A stretch of 64,000 bases of DNA from Desulfuromonadales bacterium (lineage in GTDB: Bacteria > Desulfobacterota > Desulfuromonadia > Desulfuromonadales > Geopsychrobacteraceae), in assembly GCA_016931615.1 (NCBI GenBank), contig JAFGEL010000062.1:25837-89836 (forward strand). The letters are read 5' to 3'. Made by a program: the position numbers and the translations under genes. The notes below the pieces were generated by a model. It had not been told where the DNA came from. It did not search any database and was given only the letters and a program-made list of their open reading frames with translations. Shown one piece after another: positions 30,311-42,127 of the stretch. The number at the start of each line of letters is the position of its first letter. The stretch's first letter is position 1.

Positions 30311-31615
30311 ATGAAACGTTTTTTGCCAGGGTTGTTTTTGATCCTTATCGTCACTCTTCCGGTTTCTGCTGCCGAACGTCGAACGCCGATCGTTGATGCA
30401 GTTGCCAAGGCCAGGGACGCTGTAGTCAATATCCGCACCGAACAGATCATTCAGCGGCGCAGCAGCCCATTCTTCGGTTTCGGCGATTCGATATTTGACC
30501 AGTTTTTCCAGGATATGCTGCCCCCCAGGAGCTACAAGACTCAGTCCCTCGGTTCTGGAGTGATTATCGATGCCCAGGGACATATTTTGACAAATGCCCA
30601 TGTGGTCGATAAAGCCTCGAAAATTTTTGTCGCTTTGACCGGTCAGCAAGGTGAGCTCGAAGCCCGTCTGATCGGTGCCGACGAGCGTATTGATCTGGCC
30701 GTTCTGGAGATTGTCGATAAGGGGCCTCATCCGTTTCTCACGCCTGCCCGTTCCGATGACCTGATGCTGGGAGAAACGGTCATCGCGATCGGCAACCCCC
30801 TTGGTCTGGGGCACTCGATAACGACCGGGATCGTCAGTTCCCTGCAACGCCGGGTTCAGATCAATGATCAGCTTTCGTCGGTTTTTATTCAGACGGATGC
30901 TCTGATAAACCCGGGTAACTCGGGAGGGCCACTGATTAACGTCAACGGTGAGCTGATCGGGATCAATACGGCCATTGCAAGACAAGCTCAGGGCATAGGA
31001 TTTTCTATTCCGATTGATACGGCGAAAAGGGTGGTCAATGATCTGATCAGGCACGGTCGGGTCCGGCATGGATTTATCGGGATCATGGTCGGGGCTGTCA
31101 GCTCGACCTTTATCCGTTCATTTGGCGAAGCCGGTGTGCTGATCGATGAAATCCTGCCCCGTTCCCCCGCACAGCAGGCCGGACTCAAGGTTGCGGATGT
31201 GATTCTCTCCATTGACGGTGTCGCGGTCACCTCACCGGTTCAATATCATTCACTGATGCAGACTTACACTCCGGGGGACAGTATCGAGGTAGATCTGCTC
31301 AGGGGAAAGCAGAAAGTGCAAAAACGTATCGTCCTGTCAACCTTGCCTGAGGGTTATGAAATGACCTATACTCAGCGCGTTTTTGGTTTTGTGCTGAAAG
31401 AGGCGCGCAGCGGTCTGGTTGTCCACAGTGTCGACAAGGACTCTCCTGCCGACCGGGTTGGCATTCGCCCCGGTGATCTGATTGCAAAAATTGATAATCT
31501 TGAAGTCGATAAATTAGCGGACTACCGGCTGGCGATCGAAGGTCGAATCGGGCGGGTCCCCTTAACTTTTACCGTCATCAGGGATAACCTCGGTTACCTC
31601 GTCGAACTGCCCTGA
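30311..31615 (+). CDS. periplasmic serine endoprotease DegP/HtrA-like (trypsin domain + 2 PDZ)
   Basis: A signal peptide is present (MKRFLPGLFLILIVTLPVSA). The catalytic triad context is TNAHVV, DLAVLE and GNSGGPL. Two PDZ-like regions follow. The ATG at 30311 is preferred over the track start at 30266. Confidence 0.88.
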   Translation: MKRFLPGLFLILIVTLPVSAAERRTPIVDAVAKARDAVVNIRTEQIIQRRSSPFFGFGDSIFDQFFQDMLPPRSYKTQSLGSGVIIDAQGHILTNAHVVDKASKIFVALTGQQGELEARLIGADERIDLAVLEIVDKGPHPFLTPARSDDLMLGETVIAIGNPLGLGHSITTGIVSSLQRRVQINDQLSSVFIQTDALINPGNSGGPLINVNGELIGINTAIARQAQGIGFSIPIDTAKRVVNDLIRHGRVRHGFIGIMVGAVSSTFIRSFGEAGVLIDEILPRSPAQQAGLKVADVILSIDGVAVTSPVQYHSLMQTYTPGDSIEVDLLRGKQKVQKRIVLSTLPEGYEMTYTQRVFGFVLKEARSGLVVHSVDKDSPADRVGIRPGDLIAKIDNLEVDKLADYRLAIEGRIGRVPLTFTVIRDNLGYLVELP

Positions 31616-31643
31616 ACAGGTCACTATATAAAAGGATCAACGA

Positions 31644-32183
31644 ATGAAAAGACTTAAAAAACTCTCATCGCTGGTTGTAATTGCTTTCAGCTTTTTCGTA
31701 TTGAGCGCCTGTAATAATTCGGAACAGCCGGCACAGCCACTTTCTCAGGGTGGGCTGATCGGTCAGCCGGCCCCCGATTTCAGCCTGACCGACATACACG
31801 GGAAGCAGGTGAGTTTGTCGCAATACAAGGGGCAGGTTGTCGTGCTGAATTTCTGGGCGACCTGGTGCCCACCGTGCCGCGAAGAGATGCCGTCCATGGA
31901 AAAGCTCCATCGTGATTACCAGGATAAGGGGCTGGTTATGCTGGCGGTGAATGTTGATAAAAATCCTCAACAGGCCGTGGCCGATTTCTTGCGCGAGCGA
32001 CCCTACAGCTTTAGCATTTTACTCGACAGCCAAAATGTGGCGCAAAACACCTACGGGGTTTTTCGTTTTCCGGAAAGTTTTATCATCGACCGTAACGGTA
32101 TCGTCGTGGAAAAGATCATTGGCGCCCGCGACTGGCTGACCGGACCGACCTTCAAGCTGATCGACTTTTTGATCAACGGTTAA
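31644..32183 (+). CDS. TlpA/ResA-like thiol:disulfide oxidoreductase lipoprotein
   Basis: It has a lipobox (FVLSAC) and a thioredoxin-fold active site ([14 protein letters not shown]). Length is 179 aa. Confidence 0.82.
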   Translation: MKRLKKLSSLVVIAFSFFVLSACNNSEQPAQPLSQGGLIGQPAPDFSLTDIHGKQVSLSQYKGQVVVLNFWATWCPPCREEMPSMEKLHRDYQDKGLVMLAVNVDKNPQQAVADFLRERPYSFSILLDSQNVAQNTYGVFRFPESFIIDRNGIVVEKIIGARDWLTGPTFKLIDFLING

Positions 32184-32416
32184 GCTTTCGATCTCGATCC
32201 TGGAGAGTCGGCGCAGGCGGTTTCATGTTCTGTCGGCAGCTCTATTTGTTCAAATCAGCCGCCTCTTCGGGTCTTTTTGTTGGCTTTATCCGGTTTGAAA
32301 GAGATTAATTTTCCGCAGCTTGGATTTATATAACTCATTCTCAAGAGTTCTAGTCGTTTATCTGCGTATAATTTACCGTTTTTACTTGACCTTTACTCTC
32401 CCGTCCTTTAGTTTTC

Positions 32417-32431
32417 TGAAAGTCATTTTCA
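32417..32431. promoter_or_regulatory. candidate Fur box (7-1-7 palindrome) upstream of fur
   Basis: TGAAAGTCATTTTCA is an inverted repeat TGAAA-N5-TTTCA. It matches TGATAATNATTATCA at 11 of the 14 defined positions. It lies 25 nt upstream of the fur ATG. Confidence 0.45.
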
Positions 32432-32455
32432 ATTTCACTTTGGGGTGTTTTCTCC

Positions 32456-32890
32456 ATGGATCGTATCGCTCTTTTCAATGATTATCTGCATCGGCAGGGA
32501 CTTAAGAATACCAGTCAGAGGATGGCTATCCTTGAACGTTTTCTGCGCTCGAAATCCCATTATTCGACGGAAGACCTCTATCTGAAATTACGTAAGGACC
32601 ATCCTAAAATCGGGTATGCGACGGTCCATCGCACGCTGAAGTTGCTGGCCGAGTGCGGTATTGCCGTCGAATTGAATTTTGGTGACGGTCAAACCCGTTA
32701 TGAACCCGTCAAGGCTGACCAGCATCACGATCATCTGATCTGCACCAGTTGTGGGAAAATCATCGAGTTCTCCGAACCACGGATTGAAAATCTTCAGGAA
32801 CAGGTTGCCAGACAGCACGATTTTATCATCCACAGCCACCGGCATGAACTGTACGGCCAGTGTGCCAAATGTGCTGCTGAAAACCGCTAG
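32456..32890 (+). CDS. fur: Fur family transcriptional repressor
   Basis: The 144-aa protein has the winged-helix segment ISLATVYRTL-like (GYATVHRTLKLL). Metal sites are HHDHLICTSCGKIIEF and HELYGQCAKC. Confidence 0.88.
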   Translation: MDRIALFNDYLHRQGLKNTSQRMAILERFLRSKSHYSTEDLYLKLRKDHPKIGYATVHRTLKLLAECGIAVELNFGDGQTRYEPVKADQHHDHLICTSCGKIIEFSEPRIENLQEQVARQHDFIIHSHRHELYGQCAKCAAENR

Positions 32891-32929
32891 TTAATCTTTG
32901 CAGTTACGCACCAGGAAAGTCTCTCTTTT

Positions 32930-34888
32930 ATGTCAGAACAGCAGTCATCGTCACCAAAAGTTGTCCTGGTCGGCAATCCCAATGTCGGGAAAAGTGTCCT
33001 CTTCAATGTGTTAACCGGGGCCTACACGACGGTCTCCAATTATCCCGGGACTTCGGTTGAAGTTTCGCGTGGGCATTGCACCATTGATGACCAGCGCTAT
33101 GAAATTCTCGATACGCCCGGCATGTATTCGATGATGCCGATCACTGATGAAGAACGGGTTGCGCGCCAGATTTTGTTGAAAGAGGATCCTCACGCAGTCA
33201 TCCATATCATCGATGCCCGCAATATCGACCGCATGCTGCCGATCACCCTGCAGCTCATTGAAGCTGGTCTTCCGGTCGTACTGGTCGTCAATATTCTTGA
33301 CGAAGCGAAACGCCTGGGGATGGAGCTTGACCTGGAGTTATTGCAGGACCACCTGGGGATTCCGGTTATCGGGGCCGTCATGAAGCGGCGTATCGGTTTG
33401 CACGAGCTGCGTCGGGCCATTGCTGATTACGCCATGGTCCCTCATAAGCCGTTTGCCTATGCTGCTGATCTGGAAGCGGACATCAACAAGCTGGTCCGCC
33501 TGATTCATGGAGATTATCGCCTCAGCCGCAGGGCTACCTGTCTGCTGCTGATGCAGAAGGATGATGACATTGAGGCGCTGGTCGAGAAAAATGAGTCCGA
33601 GAGCAATTTTCTGCAGCTTAAAGACGGCCTGCGTGAAATTATTTTCAAGCGCCGCGCTGATCTCAATCTGCAGATCAGCCTTGAACGTAAAAAAGTCTGT
33701 AAACGGATGCTCGACGGCGTTGTCACCCAGATTATCAAGGACGTCGAACCACTAGGGGAAAAGCTCTCTAAACTGATGATGAATCCATGGACCGGAACGC
33801 CAATACTGCTGCTGGTGGTGTATTTCGGTTTATATAAGTTTGTTGGTGGCTTCGGTGCCGGAACCCTGGTCGACTTTCTTGAAGGTAACCTGTTTGAAAA
33901 CTATGTGAATCCTCCGGTAATCAACTTTGCCGAAAAATACCTGACGCAAAGGTGGCTTTACGAATTGACCGTCGGAGAGTACGGGCTCTGGACACTCGGT
34001 ATCCGTTATGCGGTTGCTCTTGTGTTACCGATTGTCGGAGCTTTTTTCCTGATTTTTTCACTGCTGGAAGATACCGGATATTTTCCCCGCCTGGCCTTGC
34101 TGGTTGATCGTTTGTTCAAGCGCATCGGTCTTTCGGGCAGGGCTGTGATTCCCATCGTGCTCGGGTTCGGCTGCGACACTATGGCAACCCTGGTGACGCG
34201 GACGCTTGAAACCCGACGTGAACGGATCATTGCCACTATGTTGCTGGCTCTGGCTATCCCTTGCAGCGCCCAACTCGGGGTCATTCTTGGACTGCTTTCA
34301 GCCGCGCCCAACGCCCTTGCGGTCTGGAGTATTTTTCTCCTGCTGGTCTTTCTGTTGATCGGTTTTTTGGCTGCGCGCTTGCTTCCGGGAGAAAGTCCGG
34401 TATTTTATATGGAAATACCGCCTCTCAGGTTGCCGCAGCTCAGGAACGTCGTGGTGAAAACCTTAACCCGCATGCAAAGTTATTTTGTTGAAATATTGCC
34501 GCTTTTCCTGTTTGCGTCGGTGATCCTATGGGCCGGAAAAATGACCGGCACTCTGAGCACGGTTGTCGGTGCCCTGTCGCCGGTGGTGAAGGCACTCGGT
34601 TTGCCTGTCGAGGTGACTACGGCGTTTGTTTTCGGTTTTTTCCGCCGCGATTTTGGTGCCGCGGGGCTTTACGACCTGCAATCTTCAGGGTTGTTGAATA
34701 TCACCCAATTGACAGTGGCAGCGGTCACCTTGACCCTGTTTGTCCCCTGTGTCGCCCAATTTCTGGTGATGTTAAAAGAGCGAGGGGTCAAAACGGCGCT
34801 GGGGATATTTGTCTTTGTCACCCTCATGGCGTTTTCGTCCGGATGGTTTTTGAATAAATTTTTGCTGGCGACGGGACTCCTGGCGTGA
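32930..34888 (+). CDS. feoB: ferrous iron transporter FeoB
   Basis: The N-terminal G-domain has GNPNVGKSVLFN and DTPG. A polytopic C-terminal permease follows. Length is 652 aa. Confidence 0.94.
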   Translation: MSEQQSSSPKVVLVGNPNVGKSVLFNVLTGAYTTVSNYPGTSVEVSRGHCTIDDQRYEILDTPGMYSMMPITDEERVARQILLKEDPHAVIHIIDARNIDRMLPITLQLIEAGLPVVLVVNILDEAKRLGMELDLELLQDHLGIPVIGAVMKRRIGLHELRRAIADYAMVPHKPFAYAADLEADINKLVRLIHGDYRLSRRATCLLLMQKDDDIEALVEKNESESNFLQLKDGLREIIFKRRADLNLQISLERKKVCKRMLDGVVTQIIKDVEPLGEKLSKLMMNPWTGTPILLLVVYFGLYKFVGGFGAGTLVDFLEGNLFENYVNPPVINFAEKYLTQRWLYELTVGEYGLWTLGIRYAVALVLPIVGAFFLIFSLLEDTGYFPRLALLVDRLFKRIGLSGRAVIPIVLGFGCDTMATLVTRTLETRRERIIATMLLALAIPCSAQLGVILGLLSAAPNALAVWSIFLLLVFLLIGFLAARLLPGESPVFYMEIPPLRLPQLRNVVVKTLTRMQSYFVEILPLFLFASVILWAGKMTGTLSTVVGALSPVVKALGLPVEVTTAFVFGFFRRDFGAAGLYDLQSSGLLNITQLTVAAVTLTLFVPCVAQFLVMLKERGVKTALGIFVFVTLMAFSSGWFLNKFLLATGLLA

Positions 34889-35073
34889 ACTGTGGGTTTT
34901 GTCACAAGGAAATACCGGATACCGTTGGTATGCCGGATGGTGAAAAAGCCTGTGGAGCCTGTTTGGGGGGGTGTCGCAAAATTCATTGCCCCTTTTGTGG
35001 TTACGCCAATCCGGCTCCGGGGAAATATTTAAGCCGCTTCCTGAAAAAAGAAAAGGTTAAACACCATGGATAA
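34885..35073 (+). CDS. small Cys-rich zinc-ribbon-like protein coupled to feoB
   Basis: The 62-aa protein has a GTG start overlapping the feoB TGA (GTGA). It contains seven Cys in CxxC-type pairs (CGFC, CGAC..GC, CPFC). Its 3' end overlaps the start of the next gene. Confidence 0.5.
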   Translation: MNCGFCHKEIPDTVGMPDGEKACGACLGGCRKIHCPFCGYANPAPGKYLSRFLKKEKVKHHG

Positions 35074-35719
35074 GCTTTCGGAAAAAGCCGAGGAGATTCT
35101 TGAATCCCTCTGGGTGATGACGGTTGAAGGGGATAATGTCGGGTGTCTCCTCAGTTCTCTCAAGGTGGAACTGGATTCTGAAGAATTGCTTGAGTTGATT
35201 CAGCGTGCTTACGTTGAAGTTCGCGATGGCCGTGTCCACCTGCGCAAAGAAGGGCGTGCGGAGGCCCAGATGACCGTGCGTCGGCACCGCCTGGCGGAAC
35301 GCTTGACCATGGATATCCTGGGGATTGAAGGCGAAGAGGGGAATGAGCAGGCCTGTGCCTTTGAACACCTTCTCAAACAGGGGGTTGATACCAAGCTCTG
35401 TACCTTGCTGAACCATCCGACAACCTGTCCGCATGGTAACCCGATTCCTCCGGGAGAGTGCTGTGACGCTGCACGCCAGCAGGGTGAGCCGGGGATTGTT
35501 CCGTTAACGGAGTTAAAACCGGCAGAAACCGGTGAAATTGCCTACCTGGCTGCAAGTGATGATAAAAAAATGCAGAAATTGATGAGCATGGGGGTTCTTC
35601 CCGGGAGTCAGCTGTCCTTGGTTCAGAAGTTTCCCAGTTATATCTTCAAGGTCGGACATTCCCAGTTTGCCGTAGACGATACCCTGGCTCGGGAGATTTA
35701 TATCCGTCGTCCACATTAA
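35066..35719 (+). CDS. DtxR/IdeR family metal-dependent regulator with C-terminal FeoA/SH3-like domain
   Basis: The dimerisation and metal-site helix is RRHRLAERLTMDILG, with CPHGNPIP downstream. The C-terminal FeoA-like segment is GEIAYLAASDDKKMQKLMSMGVLPGSQLSLVQK. Confidence 0.8.
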   Translation: MDKLSEKAEEILESLWVMTVEGDNVGCLLSSLKVELDSEELLELIQRAYVEVRDGRVHLRKEGRAEAQMTVRRHRLAERLTMDILGIEGEEGNEQACAFEHLLKQGVDTKLCTLLNHPTTCPHGNPIPPGECCDAARQQGEPGIVPLTELKPAETGEIAYLAASDDKKMQKLMSMGVLPGSQLSLVQKFPSYIFKVGHSQFAVDDTLAREIYIRRPH

Positions 35720-35745
35720 CAGTCGTATGCCTGTATTTTGACCTG

Positions 35746-35778
35746 AAGGCCGGTTGAAAATAACCGGCCTTTTTATTT
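35746..35778 (+). terminator. rho-independent terminator after the fur-feoB-dtxR locus
   Basis: The hairpin AAGGCCGGTT-GAAAAT-AACCGGCCTT is followed by TTTATTT. Confidence 0.65.
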
Positions 35779-35858
35779 GCTTGTCATTGCCAATTGTTTT
35801 TCAGTTCAGATATACTGCTGCACTGTTTACTCAGTTACCCTATGTCAGGAGATGTCCC

Positions 35859-36954
35859 ATGTTTCGTGAGCCAAAGGAAAGTGTTAAGGAACTGCAGGAA
35901 AAGCTTCAGGAATTATGGAGGTATCTTTGACGTTCCGGGCAAGCAGGAGAGGGTTTCGGAACTTGAAGCCGAGATTGCCCGGCCCGATTTCTGGAATCAG
36001 GGGGAACAGGCCCAGGAAGCGCTGAAAGAGCGCACCCGGCTGCAAAAAGTTGTTGAAGACTGTAACTCGGCGCGCCGGCAGCTTGAAGATCTTCACGTCC
36101 TGATTGAACTGGGCGAAGAGGGTGAAGATGACGAGACCCTCGCCGAGGTCAATGCCATGCTTCCGGATCTGGAGAAGCAGATTGCCCGGATGGAATTTTC
36201 ACGCATGCTCTCCGGCGAACACGATGCCAGTAATGCGACAATCAGTATCAATGCCGGTGCCGGTGGAACAGAAGCCCAGGACTGGGCCGACATGATCCTG
36301 CGTATGTACACGCGTTACTGTGAGCGGAAAGGTTTCAAGCTCGAATTTACCGACTATCAGCCGGCCGAGGAAGCGGGGATCAAAAGTGCGACCTTCAGCG
36401 TCGAAGGTGACTACGCCTATGGTTATCTGCGTTCAGAAAGCGGGATCCATCGACTGGTGCGGATCTCCCCTTTTGACGCCAATGCGAAACGGCACACGTC
36501 ATTCTGTTCGGTGTTTGTTTTTCCCGAGTTGGACGATTCGATTGAGATTGAGATTGAAGATAAGGATATCAAGGTCGATACTTATCGGGCCAGCGGGGCC
36601 GGTGGCCAGCATGTTAACAAGACCGATTCAGCCATTCGCATCACTCATCTTCCCACCGGAATTGTCGTCGCCTGTCAGAATCAGCGTTCCCAGCACAGCA
36701 ATCGGGCCACCGCGCTGAAACAACTCAAAGCTCGGCTTTACGAGATGGAGATCCGTAAAAAGGAAGAAGAAGCAGCCGCTCTGTCTGAAGAAAAAAAGGA
36801 CATCGGTTGGGGCAGCCAGATCCGCTCCTATGTGCTTCATCCTTACCGCATGGTCAAGGATCACCGCACGGCATTTGAGACCGGCAATACCGATGCTGTT
36901 CTGGACGGCGATCTCGACGGATTTATTGAAGCCTACCTTCTTCAGGGCAAATAA
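35859..36954 (+). CDS. prfB: peptide chain release factor 2 with programmed +1 frameshift
   Basis: Frame 0 reads MFREPKESVKELQEKLQELWRYL and ends at the canonical slippery site CTT TGA C (35925-35931), preceded by the SD-like GGAGG. The +1 frame continues as DVPGKQERVSELEAEIARPDFWN. Later it carries the SPF and GGQ motifs (RISPFD, GAGGQHVNKTDSA). Confidence 0.93.
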
Positions 36955-36966
36955 TCGTCCCCAATG

Positions 36967-36998
36967 AACGGCGCCGTCCTCATGATGACGGCGCCGTT
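36967..36998 (+). terminator. strong hairpin after prfB (12-bp perfect stem, no clear T-tract)
   Basis: The hairpin is AACGGCGCCGTC-CTCATGAT-GACGGCGCCGTT. Confidence 0.45.
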
Positions 36999-37025
36999 AG
37001 TCATTGACTTGCCGAAGACTTTTGA

Positions 37026-38540
<1,515 letters not shown>

Positions 38541-38543
38541 TCA

Positions 38544-40103
38544 ATGACGGATATTCATCGTGACAAGATTCTCATTCTTGACTTCGGTTCGCAATACACC
38601 CAACTGATAGCCCGGAGAGTGCGGGAAAACCATGTCTACTGTGAACTGCATCCCTTTGATATGGCCTGGGATGAGATCAAAGCATTTCAGCCTTCCGGGA
38701 TTATTCTCTCCGGGGGACCCAAGTCGGTCTACGACGAGGGGGCTCCGGCCGTTGCAGAAGAGCTGTTCGAGCTTGGTGTGCCGGTGCTGGGGATCTGTTA
38801 CGGCATGCAGTTGATGAGCCGGCATTTCGGTGGCACTGTTGTTCCGGCCGGCAAACGGGAATACGGGCATGCCGTGCTGTCGCGTCTGAATGTTCCCGGG
38901 CCTTTGTTTGATGGCTTTTTCACCGATGGACATGCCGACGTCTGGATGAGCCATGGTGATCATGTCGAACAACTGCCGAAGGGCTTTTCCGTTGTTGCCA
39001 GAACCGACAATGCCCCGGTTTGCGCGATTCAGAATGTTGAAAAACGTTTATATGCCGTGCAGTTTCATCCTGAAGTCAATCACACCCCTCAGGGTAACAT
39101 CCTGATCAACAATTTTGTCCGCCAGATCTGTGGATGTCAGGGGCTGTGGACGCCGGGCCAGATCATAGAAGATGCGATCATCAGGATTCGCGAACAGGTT
39201 GGTGACGACCAGGTCATTCTGGGATTGTCGGGTGGGGTTGATTCCTCGGTTGCTGCGGCACTGATTCATCAAGCCATCGGAGAGCAACTGCACTGTGTTT
39301 TTGTCGACAACGGGCTTTTGCGGCTGAATGAGGGTGACCAGGTCATGGCAACCTTTGCCGGCAATATGGGGGTTAAGGTGACCCGTGTTGATGCCCAGAA
39401 ACGTTTTTATGCTGCCCTGGCGGGGGTTACCGATCCGGAAAAAAAACGTAAAATCATCGGCAACCTTTTCGTTGATATTTTTGAAGAGGAAGCAAACAAA
39501 GTTGAAGATGCCAAGTGGTTGGCCCAGGGTACGATTTATCCCGATGTGATTGAGTCAGCCGGGGCGAAGACCGGCAAGGCGCATAATATCAAAAGTCACC
39601 ACAATGTCGGTGGACTGCCCGACTATATGAAGCTTCAGTTGCTTGAACCGCTCAGGGAGCTCTTTAAAGATGAAGTTCGCGCCATCGGCGAGGAGTTGGG
39701 GTTGCCCCATCAGATGGTCTGGCGTCATCCTTTTCCGGGCCCGGGTCTGGGAGTCAGAATCCTGGGTGAAGTGAAGGAAGAATACTGCGAGATTCTCCGG
39801 CGAGCCGATGCGATTTATATCGACGAACTTTATGAAAGTGGCCATTACGATAAAATCAGCCAGGCCTTCACGGTTTTTCTGCCTGTCAAGTCGGTGGGTG
39901 TGATGGGCGACGGTCGGACCTACGAGTATGTTGTTGCCCTACGTGCCGTAGAAACGAAAGATTTTATGACCGCAGGCTGGTACCCGATGCCTTACGCTGA
40001 TTTGGCCCGCATCAGTAACCGCATCATCAATGAGGTGAAAGGGGTCAACCGGGTGACCTACGATATCTCGAGCAAACCCCCGGCGACGATTGAGTGGGAA
40101 TAA
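38544..40103 (+). CDS. guaA: GMP synthase (glutamine-hydrolysing)
   Basis: The GATase domain has GICYGMQ and FHPE. The ATP-PPase P-loop is [10 protein letters not shown]. The C-terminal end is KPPATIEWE. Confidence 0.97.
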   Translation: MTDIHRDKILILDFGSQYTQLIARRVRENHVYCELHPFDMAWDEIKAFQPSGIILSGGPKSVYDEGAPAVAEELFELGVPVLGICYGMQLMSRHFGGTVVPAGKREYGHAVLSRLNVPGPLFDGFFTDGHADVWMSHGDHVEQLPKGFSVVARTDNAPVCAIQNVEKRLYAVQFHPEVNHTPQGNILINNFVRQICGCQGLWTPGQIIEDAIIRIREQVGDDQVILGLSGGVDSSVAAALIHQAIGEQLHCVFVDNGLLRLNEGDQVMATFAGNMGVKVTRVDAQKRFYAALAGVTDPEKKRKIIGNLFVDIFEEEANKVEDAKWLAQGTIYPDVIESAGAKTGKAHNIKSHHNVGGLPDYMKLQLLEPLRELFKDEVRAIGEELGLPHQMVWRHPFPGPGLGVRILGEVKEEYCEILRRADAIYIDELYESGHYDKISQAFTVFLPVKSVGVMGDGRTYEYVVALRAVETKDFMTAGWYPMPYADLARISNRIINEVKGVNRVTYDISSKPPATIEWE

Positions 40104-40121
40104 CTAAATTCATCCTGTCTG

Positions 40122-40147
40122 AGGCCGTCCCTGATCTTGGACGGCCT
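40122..40147. terminator. hairpin between convergent guaA and MCP gene
   Basis: The hairpin is AGGCCGTCC-CTGATCTT-GGACGGCCT. Confidence 0.4.
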
Positions 40148-40154
40148 GTCCGGT

Positions 40155-41942
40155 TCAACCAAGTAAAACTTGTGGGTTGAACCCCAGCCGAACCGCACCC
40201 CAGTGCCGCCCCTCAACATGAATCGGCAGGGATAGATCACTGAGGATCTCCCCGGTGTCGCGCATATAGGTCTGAAGAAGAAAGTTGTCTGTATTGCGGG
40301 CGCTGCGAATGCCGGTCGGATCATTAAAGATGCGTTTGTCACGGCTGTTGAGGGTGTCCCGATCCGGATTTCCGGTTAGCGGCTGGGAGAAGACGCTGTT
40401 GTGGGTGGGGCCGTAACCATTGGTGTCAACGCATATGGCAAATATACCCGATGGAATTTTGCTGAGCACCTGGTCATAAAGCGGCTGGAGTTGTTGCGCG
40501 AAGATCTGGTCATATCCGGTTGAATATTTCTGGGGTTGGGTCCCGGGAATCCCCTGATAGTTTGTATCGAATACGTTGTGTCCTTCACGTGCCAACCGTT
40601 TTATGGATTCGCCGGCCTGATCACGAAAGCTTCGGCCAAGAGCCAGTATCTGCTCAAAGACTCCTTCACCGGTGATGAATTTTGCCACCAGTTGCTGCAT
40701 CGATTCGCTGATCGCCTGAAGGTCGACGGTGACCTTCTCTGATGAGTTTGTTTGCGCAACGACGACATTGCTTAAATCGCAGATATTGGAGACTTTTTCA
40801 TGGGTCTGCATATTGGCTGCTGAAATTTCTTCCACGGACGCTGTGATCTGGGTCAGCAGCCCGTAGTTGTCATCGAACTCTTTGATCAGCCCTTCGTAGT
40901 TGTCGCAGGCCATGCGTGAAACTTTCATGGTGTTTTCAGCGGCGGTATTGATGGCATCCGCTTCAGCAAGAGCATTGTCAACGCTGTTGAGCATGTCAGT
41001 AATCTGGACAGCAATCTGTTCACTGGCGTTATTGGCCTCTTCGGCAAGCTTTTTGACTTCGGTTGCTACAACCGAAAAGCCTTTTCCCGCCTGACCGGCC
41101 CGCGCAGCTTCCACCGCTGCATTGAGCGACAAAAGTCCTGTCTGGAAAGAGATCCCCTGGATGATAGAGATGATCTTGCGGATGTCTCGAGACTTGTCTC
41201 CCATATTTTTAATGGTATCGTCATGCTGATTGATCTGTTTCAGCATGGTCTCCATGTTCTGATTGACGGATTGCAGTTCGCTCAGGGCATCGCGCGCACT
41301 GTTGAGACTTTCTGACGTGGACGAAGCGATATGCTGGGCATTATCTGATATGTTCCCCAAGGTTTGGGTCGCCACCTGGCTGTTGCCGAAAACCACTGTT
41401 GACAGTTCCCCCTGGCTATGGGCTTTAGCTGAGACATCTTTGACCTGATTGACGACTGTGGCAGAGCCGACAGCGACATTGATCCCCATCTGCCGTAAAG
41501 TGTGAACGGTTTCTCTGAGCTGATCGAGGAATCGATTGTAGTTCTGGGCGAGGTCTCTGAACTCGTCGTGAGTTTCGGTTTGCAGGTGGTTTGAAAGGTT
41601 GATTTCTCCTGCCGACATGGCTTCGAGCTGATGATTCAAGTTACGAATCGGTCTGACGATCAGATAACGAAGAAAGAGCAGGGAGCACACTGTTGCAGCA
41701 ATAGCAATAACCAGAAGAGCAGTTGCCTGCCAGGTCATCCGTGAGGTGATGGCGGTCAGGGACGCCGTATCTGCGGATATGGTTGATATGGCGTCCTGCA
41801 AGCTTCCTACGTTGAGATAGATACTTAGAAAAAGCAGCAATTGCAGGATGAACAGGGCGAGGATGTTGCCGGTCAGTTTTCGAGTAAGAGTGTTGAAAAA
41901 AGCCTTCTCAAGACCGCTGTAAAGATTTCTGAACATGTCCAT
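40155..41942 (-). CDS. methyl-accepting chemotaxis protein with C-terminal (post-signalling-domain) ~170-aa putative sensor module
   Basis: The N-terminus has 2 TM segments followed by HAMP. The MA hairpin tip is [33 protein letters not shown]. An extra C-terminal domain ends [17 protein letters not shown]. The start at MDMFRN (GGAAAG RBS) is preferred to the track start at 41972. Confidence 0.85.
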   Translation of the reverse strand: MDMFRNLYSGLEKAFFNTLTRKLTGNILALFILQLLLFLSIYLNVGSLQDAISTISADTASLTAITSRMTWQATALLVIAIAATVCSLLFLRYLIVRPIRNLNHQLEAMSAGEINLSNHLQTETHDEFRDLAQNYNRFLDQLRETVHTLRQMGINVAVGSATVVNQVKDVSAKAHSQGELSTVVFGNSQVATQTLGNISDNAQHIASSTSESLNSARDALSELQSVNQNMETMLKQINQHDDTIKNMGDKSRDIRKIISIIQGISFQTGLLSLNAAVEAARAGQAGKGFSVVATEVKKLAEEANNASEQIAVQITDMLNSVDNALAEADAINTAAENTMKVSRMACDNYEGLIKEFDDNYGLLTQITASVEEISAANMQTHEKVSNICDLSNVVVAQTNSSEKVTVDLQAISESMQQLVAKFITGEGVFEQILALGRSFRDQAGESIKRLAREGHNVFDTNYQGIPGTQPQKYSTGYDQIFAQQLQPLYDQVLSKIPSGIFAICVDTNGYGPTHNSVFSQPLTGNPDRDTLNSRDKRIFNDPTGIRSARNTDNFLLQTYMRDTGEILSDLSLPIHVEGRHWGAVRLGFNPQVLLG

Positions 41943-42127
41943 GGGTACTTTCCGACTGGGTGAAAGTGTCATTTAAAACATGGTTATATAATTAGGTTTT
42001 ATAATAAATAGATTCTAAGGAAGTCAAGGTTTTTAATTTTTTCTGAGGCGTTTGTTGCGTGGGTCCGCACATGTTAAACTTCAAGCAGTTCGTTGATACC
42101 ATTGGTGATGACAGATAAGGAGATTCC

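Noticed and set aside
30233-31069. A 278-aa minus-strand ORF, together with the 29941..30450 (-) 169-aa ORF.
   Set aside because: They are antisense to the HtrA-like gene and to the regulator pseudogene remnants. They have no motifs.
35794-35858. The N-terminal extension of the RF2 ORF (MFFSSDILLHCLL...).
   Set aside because: It is an artefact of reading the +1 frame upstream of the programmed frameshift site. The real start is ATG 35859 in frame 0.
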